From NCBI GenBank assembly GCA_003427395.1, contig BFEA01000008.1:7557360-7621359 (forward strand): DNA of 64,000 nucleotides. The letters run 5' to 3'. Origin of the DNA: Chara braunii. Taxonomy: Eukaryota > Plantae > Charophyceae. Each line of letters starts with the position of its first letter. The first letter of the stretch is position 1. Both the position numbers and the translations under genes were made by a program. The notes below the pieces were generated by a model. It ran no database searches, had not been told where the DNA came from, and saw only the letters and a list, made by a program, of their open reading frames with translations. Below are positions 54,192 through 64,000 of this stretch, one piece after another.

Positions 54192-55183
54192 GGTAGTAGA
54201 TGTGCCCTGCATATGTGGGGCTGCATAGGGCACCCTTGTAAGTCTTGAGAAAGAGACCCGAGCTCAAATCCTGATGGAATGGAGCAATTCTGCGTTACGT
54301 GGGCTGCTCAGTTCAATACCGCAATACCTCGCTCGAGTTGATTTGTCACTTACCGAGGATAGAGATTCACCCTTCGAAGGGGCTATATATGCTGGAAACA
54401 GCGCCCCTTACCCAGCGCCGCCCCTTAGTCTTAGGATCTGCCAGCCAAGGGGGATGGAGTTGTTTCCTGAAGCCACCGATGTAGAGGGAGCGAGGAATCG
54501 GCCACCTCCCTCTGCATGCTGCGGAATCTTGCGGCGTGCATTGTCTGACATTTTCTTGTACTCCAAGGCGTTTGATCTGCCTGGTCCAATTTTGTAGTCA
54601 ATCTTTCTTTTCGCCCAAGGGTCCAGGTTGACTCGTCCTCTTTTTCAAGAAAGGAGGTAGCTCCTGACATGTATTGTGTTCATCCCCGATTTGATTCTGC
54701 CAGGATACGAACTCAGCCACATGTGTTTGTTTACCCTTCCTTCAGCCACGTGGCCGATTGAAAGTGGGCTGCCGTCTTCAATCCAAAGCTGGTATTCATA
54801 GATGAGTCCGTTCTCCTAAACCATGGGGGCTCGTTTTGCTCAGGAGGCTTCTTGTGTGTGCCGAGACCTCGTTCACGACGCGTCTTCAATTCATTTCCAG
54901 TTATGGGATTTCTAGGGTGGGGCACAACGCGTCGTCCAGTCCGCAATGTGATGCATGAAAGGGCTTCACACGGCCAGTGCCCTGCCCAGGGACCTGCGGG
55001 GATGGGCGGTTGATGCGGCCGCGGCAAAATGTTCTCCCCGCCTACCAGACCAGACAGAGGTGGGCGGGCCCAGTGTGAGGTAGCGAAATAACTTCAGCTG
55101 CTGCACTTTTGCGTCGCTTTTATCTTGTTGTCTTGCATGGAGGGTAGAAGAGGTTTAGGTTTAAGTTCCAGTAGCAAAACTTC

Positions 55184-55292
55184 TACTGTCTTCCCTCGAA
55201 CATAACGCACCCTAAAAATGAATGCATACAAGCTATATTTCCGGCCAGATACATCCAAAATAAGGGTGCGTTGTGTTCGGGGGAAGACGGTA
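55184..55292. mobile_element. Tc1/mariner (pogo-like) hairpin MITE
   Basis: TA-ctgtcttccctcgaacataacgcaccct...agggtgcgttgtgttcgggggaagacgg-TA. Confidence 0.78.
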
Positions 55293-55531
55293 GCTGCACG
55301 TTTGCGTTATCGTGGTGTCTTGGATGCACGTGGGCAGAGGCTTAGGTTCGGATTCCAGTTAGGAAAATTTCGAGGTTGGGGCACAACGCCAGCCCCACGT
55401 GCCCGGTAGAGGTTTAGGTTTTAAGTTCCAGTTCCAAAACTTCTGAACGCCTCGGTAGTAGAACATTTTGGCGGCGGACTGCATCGGACACTGGGGTAAT
55501 GAGGCTCAGAGAGGTGCTGGTGGTCCCAGAC

Positions 55532-56050
55532 CCAGATGTCAGTTTGTGATTGATTAGATGAACTGTGGGTATGTGTTGCTCGGAATGACTAAGTCGTTTT
55601 CGTTCTGGTACCTCCGGACGTGCATGATGCATGCTCTCTGTTGTTCTTCCTCTCTTCTTCGGCTTTTCGTCGGTGTTTTCTCAGTCTGTGGGTTGATGAT
55701 GTTCCCCAGCCCCTGTTGGTGGTGTGGTTCCAGATGTCAGTTTGTGATTGATTAGATGAACTGTGGGTATGTGTTGCTCGGAATGACTGAGTCTTTAAGT
55801 TGTGGTACCTCCGGACGTGCATGATGCATGCCCTGTTGTTCTTCCTCTCTTCTTCGGCTTTTCGTCGGTGTTTTCTCAGTCTGTGGGTTGATGGTGTTCC
55901 CCAGCACCTGTTGGTGGAAGTCATCTGGAGTGTTTTCTCAGTCTGTGGGTTGATGATGTTCTCCAGCCCCTGTTGCTGGAAGTCATCTGGAGTAAAAGTC
56001 CTTGGTGCTGTTTTGTTCTCACATTCTGTGGGTTGATGCTCCCCAGTCTC
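55532..56050. repeat. ~198-bp tandem duplication plus shorter ttctcagtctgtgggttgatg repeats
   Basis: ccagatgtcagtttgtgattgattagatgaactgtggg at 55532 and 55730. Confidence 0.85.
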
Positions 56051-56813
56051 TGATGCTGGTATTCATTTTAAGTAGAACACTCCTTGTCCACCTTGTGGAA
56101 GCGGGAGACCTCGCCATGTGTGCCAGCACGTCGATGGAGTTTTTAGATGCAGTTCGCCGTGTTCTGCGTGAGAACCGCGGGTGCAGTTGGCTGAAGCCCC
56201 TAGTTGCTGCATTCCCTCTCGCTCTGCCCGCTCGAGTTGACCCCTTCTTATCCTCTGTTCGGCGGCCTTCCCAATTTACTCTCACCTCCTTTATGTATCC
56301 TTTCTCGGCGCCGTCCGTTTGGGACAGGTGGAGGATGTTGCTGGCGTCGTTGTTGGCTGCTCTCCTCCTCCGTTCGCGTATCCTCTGCATTACGTCTGGC
56401 TGGACCCATTTCTGAAGAATCAACGCCTTCTTGTTATACATCCCTTTGCGGTCCTCTCTCTCTCTCTTTATCGCTGCTCTCATCGACGATGCGTTTGCCG
56501 AGATCTTGCTGCTTATCCTCCGCAGATCGAAGCGGCTGATGCGACCTCGAAGCTTCGCAATGTGATCAAGCATCCGAGCCGTCGTGTTCTGGACGGTCAT
56601 CACTTCTCCTCGGATCTGATGGCAGGATCGAATATACCTGGAAAAAAAAGAAGGATTATATTAACATAACATAATCAATAATATAATCAATGCGCCCATA
56701 CCTCACTCAGTTGGTACACCCATGAACTGGTGAAATACAGACCCAAATTAATTGGGTACACATCTTTGTGGGTACGAATATATACCTGGAAAAAAAGGAA
56801 TATTATATATGCC

Positions 56814-56922
56814 TACCTTTTTCCCCGGAATACGACGTACGGTCGTTATAGCTGTATCTGGACTGAAATATGCCTCAAATACAGCTATAATGATCGTACG
56901 TTGTATTCGGGGGAAGAATGTA
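56814..56922. mobile_element. Tc1/mariner (pogo-like) hairpin MITE
   Basis: Long palindromic arms gaatacgacgtacggtcgttatagctgtat / atacagctataatgatcgtacgttgtattc, TA at both ends. Confidence 0.75.
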
Positions 56923-57655
56923 GCTTCGTTGGTAGCCCCATGAACTGGATGAAATACGGACCCGAGTTCGAATCAAGTGGGACGCAGTGGAATCAGAAAG
57001 AAAAAGACAAAGAAGATTATATAACACATTCGCGGAAAGATTGTCGACCTCGCCAATCAAGATGGACGCAGGCCAATCAAATTGGGAAAAAAAAATTCAA
57101 TGGGCATTAGCTGAAGACGCACGCACGCACGCTAATGAAAAAGGGGGAGCCTTCATCATCAACGCGGTGAGCCTTGTATGTGGTAGGCACAGTAAAGGGG
57201 GAGATGAAGTAGAAATGATAAAAAGAAGGGTCTCGATCTGGTTTTCATGTGTCTTCTGTATTTCTGATCGTTTGCTTTTGCAAAGTGCGCTCTTCTTTTT
57301 TTTTTTTTTTTTTTTAATTAACAGAACCTCATGGTTCTGGCTCCTACCATTCTGGGGAGCGACAGTCCGGTTCCTATTCCTCTAGTTGATGGAAATGAGA
57401 CAATACACGCGCAAATAGAGCAGTCGTTGATGCTCAAGCACACCCGGCGTTAATGTGGATTATCACTTGCAGGGTAATCAGTCAGGTAGGGGATTCCGAA
57501 GACTGTTTTTGAGGCTTCAGCCTCCTGATGAGTCGGTGATAGATATATCGTCGAACAGAACTGCCCGGCAAACCGTAGGGAGAAAGGGAGAAGAAGAAGA
57601 GGACAAGAAACGAGGGGCTGTGACAAACTGACTGTTTCGTCCAAGTTTCACCGAC

Positions 57656-57695
<40 letters not shown>

Positions 57696-58010
57696 TCAGC
57701 CTCCTGATGAGTCGCTGAAACCTCGATCGAACAGTTTGTTACAACGCCCTCGATTGTCCTGTAAAGAACCTGCTCCACAAAACCGAAGCTGCATTATATA
57801 TACGCCGTCTGGCACAGCCCCTCGTTTGTTGTCCTCTTCACCCTCTCTCTGCCTACTGTTTCCCGGACAGTTCCATTTGACGATGTTGTCTCTTCTCCCT
57901 CTCTGCCTACACAGTTTACCGGCCAGTTCTGTTGGACGGAGTCCGATCCATTGTGTCCTCTCAGCATTGCTCCTCCCTCGTCGTCTAAGCTGTAGTAGAA
58001 GGATGTCAGC

Positions 58011-58391
58011 AACAGCGTTGGAAGAAGGGAGATCTCTCTCTCACAAACACAGGCACACACACACACAAACACACACTCCGTTCAGGTGGGTGGATGTGGC
58101 TAGCATGGGGTCGTGCTCGTGGTCATGCCGGTGGGTCTCCATGGATGGGTCTGTGTGTAGAGTAGGTTTCATGGCTGTGACAGAGCAGTTTCTCAGACAA
58201 CAGCGTTGGAAGAAGGGAGATCTCTGTCTCACAAACACAGGCACACACACACACACAAACATACACACACTACGTTCAGGTGGGTGGATGTGGCTAGCAT
58301 GGGGTCGTGCTCGTGGCCATGCCAGTGGGTCTCTATGGCTGGGTCTGTGTGTAGAGTCGGTTTTATGGCTGTGACAGAGCAGTTCCTCAGA
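58011..58391. repeat. ~187-bp tandem duplication
   Basis: aacagcgttggaagaagggagatctct...gtgacagagcagtt occurs twice. Confidence 0.88.
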
Positions 58392-58743
58392 CTTACAGCC
58401 ACTCTTGTCAGGGGTTTGGAACGATAGTCTGCTAGGGTTTATGGGCTTGGTGAGAGTAAACTCGACCACTGTTCTCAGGGCTCTTGCTAACCCTGGACGA
58501 TGCAGCGAGTCCTTATCAATATGTGACGAGGTGGCCAGTCCTTATCAATCATTGACGATGCGGCGAGTCCTTTTCAATCAGTCCAGTGCATCCTATAGGC
58601 AGACTGTGGTTCAACCTCCTGATGAGTTGGTGAAAGTCTTTTGTTTTGTGGAGTTGAGTGCAGCGAACATAACACCACAAGATGGCCTTCCTCAGCTCCC
58701 AAATCTAACGGATGGATGCAGCTAGGGCCGGGATCGATGCAGC

Positions 58744-58852
58744 TACAGTCTTCCACCGAATACAACGTACGGTCGTTATAGCTGAATTTAGACTGAAAGA
58801 TAGACCAAATTCGGCTATAATGACCGTGTGTTGTATTCGGGGGAAGACTGTA
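58744..58852. mobile_element. Tc1/mariner (pogo-like) hairpin MITE
   Basis: TA-cagtcttccaccgaatacaac...gttgtattcgggggaagactg-TA. Confidence 0.78.
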
Positions 58853-61097
58853 AGGTCGGGGGACTGAACTGGTGGTCGGGCCACTGGGTATGCATGGCTG
58901 ACTGGATGAGTACCGTGGGTTTCTGGGTGAGTGCCGTGGGGGTTGCCAGTCTGGTAGGGCTGCAGGGTTGGTGTGCGTAAAGTTTACCTCTTCTGTGTGT
59001 GTCTCAGGTTTGTTGCAAACTCTGGGCAACGTGGTGAGTCCTTATCGCTCAGTCAGATGCGTCCTGGGTAGGGTTCAAGCTCCCGATGAGTTAGGGTTCA
59101 AGCTCCCGATGAGTCGGTGAGAGTCCGATGAAATTGTCTGGCATAGCCATGCTCTTTTTTTTTTTGTGGGATTGGCAAATGTACGTACACTCAGCCAGCC
59201 TGTGAGGATTCCGAACATGATGATATTTATACATCTGGGTGGGAAAAACGGGTTGTTCCGGTGATTGTTCAAAAGGCACTCACCGACATGCTCAGGGGTA
59301 TGGACGCGTGTGGGTGACGTGGTGAGTTTCCTTATCTGGTATACAGATGCAACCTGGGCTAATTATCGGGATGGGTCGGTGTCTATGTCATTCATTTTTT
59401 TGTTTTGTTTTGTGGAGTTGGGTACGGTGAACATGACAACACCCACCCCCACCCCCACCCACACACACACACACACACAAACACACAGAGACGGAGAAAG
59501 ATGTGAACACTTACTGATGAGTCGCTGAAAGTCCGAAGAAACAGTCTGGCACAGTTATGCTTTCCTTTGTGGAATTGTGTATAGATGGAATATGACAACG
59601 CATGTAAACTCGTTGTAAACACAGTGATGGCATACGTACCCTGCTGTGCTCTCGTTGAAGGCCTCCATTGGCAGTACTGCAAAGTCACGGTATGTCAGCT
59701 CCCTTGAGTGAAGAGCTCTTTTATGATGCACATCGAGAAATGGAGAAATTGTCGAAGATGGTTGTTGTTGTTTCACAACAGCAGTTGTGCGGAATGGCAA
59801 TTTCTGAGTCAAGGTGAATAACGTGTCGCTCATTTTGAAATCAAGCAAACAGACGAGATCAGTACGTTAGGTTTGATGAGTCGGTGAACCTTCGAGGGAA
59901 CAGTTTGTCACAGCCCGCTACGTGTTTGTTGGCCTCTTCTCCCTCCCTCTCTGCCTACGGTTTACCGGGCAGTTCTATTTGACGATAGATAGAAGATACA
60001 TCTGTCTTCTCTCCTCATGTACATTAGGTATTCAGATCTAGTGCTATGAAATGATGACTTGACACTGCAAAGACACTGCAAAGTGGGCGCATTTGTTCAT
60101 CTGACTGCATCTGGATTCGAACTGAGGTCTGTATTTCAACAGCTAATAGGTCTGTATTTCAACAGCTAATAGGTGTACGAACTGAGCTATAGGCCCTGTT
60201 GGTACGATGATGGATTTAAAGAATCACGTCCGTGGTGGGTTCTCACACGCGTGATCTTTGTTTTTTCTTTTTTTGGTAACCCAGGCGATTATGGTTCTGG
60301 CTCCGTTCCATTCTGGGAGGCAGCGATCTGGTTCCTTTTCCTTTCACAAATCCTGAATATGGCGCTTGTTGACACCACTGTGGAAACGAGGAAAATAGAT
60401 GCTCGCATCTACCCACAGAGAATGGCAAGATGCATCCGTTACTATGAATAGCAACGGATGCACCTTACTGATGTCGCGGAAGATGCATTTGTTCTTTTTG
60501 CTTTTTTCTTTTTTCGTTTCGATGTGGCGAGGCGCTATATACATGAAGAGTTATAATGCAAACGCTTCTCCTCATTACGGCCAGAGGGACGTCCAACAGT
60601 ATCGACTGCTCCTGCTGTAGGAGGATTTGACGGCTGGGGGTATATATATTATATATATGCCGCTCAACCTACATCCACGTGGGCGGGCTTGTACGCAAGA
60701 GGTTTTGAACAGGGGGAGTTGTAAGGAAGAAGATTAAAAATGAATTAAGTTTTTGTTGTTTCCTTGTTTCCTTTCGTTTTTGCCTTCGGCGCTCTGATAT
60801 CATGTGACAATATATATATTTATGTGAGGATATATAAACAGGGGTGGACTACCTTTTTGTCTGGACCACCCTTTGCCACTGGAAATGGGGTGAGGCACGA
60901 GGCTGACCAATGCTGTTCGTCTCAGTCTGCACAGCTGGCTGCTCAAGCCTACCTTGTTTGCTGAAACTAATCAGACGCGACAAAGAAAACCTTGAGCATT
61001 TCTCATTTGTCCAAGTATAGTCTGATGTCCGCGGACGTAATATCTTACGTCCATCTGACTGTAATCTGACATCCGCTGATACAACATCGTGCATTTG

Positions 61098-61211
61098 TTA
61101 AACCAGCAGTACCCCAGGGGGGGTCTGACGCAAATGCACATGGATCCATGCAGCGAACCGATTCAGCCACCGCGTTAACGGCCTTAAAACGTGGAGGTAC
61201 TGGTGGTTTAA
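61098..61211. mobile_element. TTAA-flanked MITE
   Basis: ttaaaccagcagtacc...ggtactggtggtttaa. Confidence 0.68.
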
Positions 61212-61227
61212 GAGGTCGATTGAACTG

Positions 61228-61415
61228 GTCCTTGGCGACATGGCCTAAAATTGGAACGATACAGAGAAGACTACCATCTTCACCCGAATAGAACGCCCAG
61301 TCATTATCGCTGCATCTGGACTTAAAAATGCCCCAAATACAGCTATAATGACCGGGCGTTACATTTGGGTGAAGACGACTAGTTTTGCCCCTCCTGCAGG
61401 GATGGCACAAGCATG
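61228..61415 (+). pseudogene. U6: U6 snRNA pseudogene interrupted by a TA-target MITE
   Basis: Exact U6 core taaaattggaacgatacagagaaga (61246-61270); after the insert, gttttgcccctcctgcagggatggcac resembles U6 GCATGGCCCCTGCGCAAGGATGACAC; a second copy of this 3' part lies at ~61481-61515. Confidence 0.8.
61272..61381. mobile_element. Tc1/mariner (pogo-like) hairpin MITE inserted in U6
   Basis: TA-ccatcttcacccgaat...atttgggtgaagacgac-TA. Confidence 0.75.
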
Positions 61416-61599
61416 ACAAAAAAAATACAAAAGAAGGAAAAAGGATTCGGAATGGAACTCTGCTACTGGATTGTGCAGGAATAGCTTTGCCCCTCCGTAG
61501 GGATCACAAGCATGAAAAAAAAAAAAAAACGCATGAAAGAAGGGGAAAAGATTCGGATGGAGCTCATCAGCTACTGGTTTATGCAGGAAATCTTCTCAC

Positions 61600-61708
61600 T
61601 GTAGTCTTCACTGGAATAGAAGGACCGGTATTTATCCCTGCATCTGGATCAAAAGTTGGCCCAAATGCAGTTGTAATGACCGGCCATTCTATTCGGGTGA
61701 AGATGGTA
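61600..61708. mobile_element. Tc1/mariner (pogo-like) hairpin MITE
   Basis: gtcttcactggaatagaa...ttctattcgggtgaagatgg-TA. Confidence 0.7.
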
Positions 61709-62699
61709 GGTCTTAGGATACTACCTGCGTTCCTACAGAGCTACACAAGTCTCGAGTTCTTTTTCAGTGCGTAGTATTTGCTTCAGAAATTAATTGCTTC
61801 TTGAGTGCTTGAGGACTGTGTGAATTCTTGAGTGCTAGAGAAGTAGAGTCGTCTTAAAAGTTGAGGACTCTGTGAATTCTTGAGTGCTAGAGAAGTATAA
61901 TAGTCTTAAAAGTTGCCTGTTAAACTTGAAAGCAATTACAGAACTACTCGAGTCTAATAAATTCGGTGTCGAGGTCTCTAAAAAGACTCCAGCTGGCCCA
62001 GTTCTTGCTGGAAAGGGAGGGGTGCCTGATGCTCCCCAGAATAGACTGGAGCCAGGACCGTAAGGCCCTATTTTTTTTTTTTTTTTTTTGTAGAGATTAG
62101 AAAAGACTGCGGCCAGGACCGGAGGGCCCGCTTTTATTTTCCATCATTTCCGAAGACTTCAGCTGGCCTAACGCCAGTGAAGGACTTGACATAGGCAAGG
62201 AGGACTTCAGGTGTTCGTTGATTCAACGGACTGTTTTCGATAAGGCTGAGATGGACTTGTGACTTGTGGTCCCCGAGGGAGGGTACTACTTGTGGTCCGA
62301 GGGTTGTGGCCCGACCCGACTGGAATACCAACCTTACTCGAGCAATCAACTTTGAACAATTTTCATTCAAAGAAAAAAGCGAGAGCTGTAAAATGAAATT
62401 ACCTGAAGAAGACAGCAAGGAAGGTGGATTTGCGATGTGGAGTCGTCTGTTGAGCAAAAGACCATGAAAAGCAATGAATGCTCACCAACAAGTTGGGAAC
62501 TGCCACCATCTGATTTCTTTTTTGTTGTTCTCGATCCTGTTTTAGTTTTTGTCGTTCTCGATCCTGTTTGCGTGTTGTTTGCATTGGCGCTGGCCCTTTT
62601 GCGGCGGTGTCACAGAGGATTTGGCAGCAAATCTGAACAATTGCACGCGTTTTTTTGTCCTGCAGAATCTTCCGCGCGTTCTGTGAGAGAGAAGACAAG

Positions 62700-62870
62700 A
62701 TGGGTCACGCAGCGGTCTGGAACTCTCACCCGAAGAAGTATGGGCCCGGCTCGCGTACATGCCGCGTGTGCGGTAATGGCCACGGGCTCATCAGGAAGTA
62801 CGGCATAAATACGTGCCGTCAGTGCTTCAGGACTTACGCAAAGGACATCGGCTTCGTGAAGTACCGATGA
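62700..62870 (+). CDS. RPS29: 40S ribosomal protein S29 (uS14), 56 aa, intronless CDS
   Basis: [56 protein letters not shown]; CxxC...CxxC zinc motif; start at aagATGg (62700), not the 62655 start in the ORF track. Confidence 0.97.
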   Translation: MGHAAVWNSHPKKYGPGSRTCRVCGNGHGLIRKYGINTCRQCFRTYAKDIGFVKYR

Positions 62871-64000
62871 GCGATCGCTCGAGGAAAAGATGTGAGAGAT
62901 GGGAGGTGGTTGGACTGGTCCCCCGAGGTGCGGCGTATCTGTGACGTCCAGTTGGAGGAGACAAATGTTTTGGATTTTCTTGCACCCAAGGCTTAACGTC
63001 GACGTCGCAACATGTATTCGGTTCGGGTCGTAGTTTATATCTGTGAAGATGCGGATCTTCTACGGTGAATCGCTGGTTGGGGGGGAGGGGGTGAGTTTTC
63101 TTAGCCTCGTTCCTTTCAGGAGGTTCTTCTCTGCATGAAGCACGGTTGGATGGAAAATCTGATGGGTGTTTTTTTTCTCTTTTGGTCGTTTTTGGGATGT
63201 GGCCTCCGTCGGATAGACGGGAAAGGGTGAGTGGGGGGTGTTGGCCGGCCGTTTAACAGGCTTTGAACTTTTTTGAACTTCGAGTTTTCACGACTTCTTT
63301 TGCTTCGAAACTTCTTTGAGAGGATTTTTTTCCTGCTTCTATCATCCGTCTCGAGTGGGGGGGGGGGGTAATGTCGGTGTTGTATGCGTGTGTGTGTGTG
63401 TCATGATCACCAAATCTACCAAATGTGTTCTCGCGCTCTTCGATCGAGTGTGCAACGACGTCAGGTCAGTCTTGGGGAGTGTAGTGACGTCTCTGTGTGC
63501 TCGATAACGCTTTCGTCTGTGTGTGCTTGTGTCGGCTTTGCTAAGGCTGTTGATGATGTTGTCGTGATCTTCTGGGATAGGAAGAGTGATCTTTGCTGTA
63601 ATTGCTGTACTGATGTATGTGTGAAGCGTGCGTACGATCTGGATCAGGAGGTAGTGAGTAGGTGCGAGAGTGAGTCGAAGGATGTACACTCCCACCGTGT
63701 GAATATATATACCCTTATGAATGGTGGGTGTGAGAGTGGACCTGGACTGCGAGTAAAGAAAAACAGAGAATGGTAATCACAGAGATCGCGCGACGAATGG
63801 GAATTTGATGCATAGAAAAAAGTGTGGTATTCAAATGAAATTAAAAGGTGGCGGGGGAAAAGGTGGCGGCGGCGAGGGGGAGAGGGATAGAGTAAGGGCG
63901 TGGTCGCACCGATCAGCATTTGACATGTATTTGGACCTGCTTGACATTTCGAATGTCTTGGGACGCAGAGCTCAGGTCCAGATCCGTTTCGAACGTTGTG

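Larger units (their letters stand above)
53261..59916 (+). ncRNA. Cluster of degenerate type III hammerhead ribozyme motifs (retrozyme-like repeat module)
   Basis: Core motifs at ~53261-53314, 57500-57540, 57690-57740, 58598-58639, 59066-59148, 59514-59553, 59870-59916 (+) and an inverted partial copy at 57540-57657. Consensus CAGACTG-TH-GAGGY-TTCA-RCCTC-CTGATGA-GTCGG-TGAAAGT-CCGAY-GAAA-CAGTCTG. Confidence 0.72.

Overview
Eukaryotic, repeat-rich nuclear DNA from a green-lineage organism. The plant-type eS24/uS14 proteins, plant-type U6 remnants and a GIY-YIG/RT Penelope-like element suggest a streptophyte alga such as Chara; this is inference, not a database result. Only two intact host genes are evident: a five-exon 40S ribosomal protein S24 gene (29045-35254, +) and an S29 gene with an intronless CDS (62700-62870, +). 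The rest is mobile-element material. (i) A ~5 kb decayed Penelope-like retroelement (6936-11966, -) with short terminal direct repeats. Its GIY-YIG nuclease lies N-terminal to the RT and is preceded in the same frame by a ~390-codon gag-like ORF (CCHC knuckle, coiled coil, SAP-like motif). (ii) Many hAT-type MITEs with 8-bp TSDs, including a 5.5 kb nested stack. (iii) TTAA-flanked and TA-flanked MITEs. (iv) Two U6 snRNA remnants. (v) tRNA-like SINE modules, decayed L1 fragments, and organellar rRNA and group II intron RT fragments. (vi) Seven plus-strand and one inverted partial degenerate type III hammerhead ribozyme motifs between 53.2 and 60 kb, with one more in RPS24 intron 4, suggesting a retrozyme-like non-autonomous family. 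Most ORFs in the supplied track are spurious.
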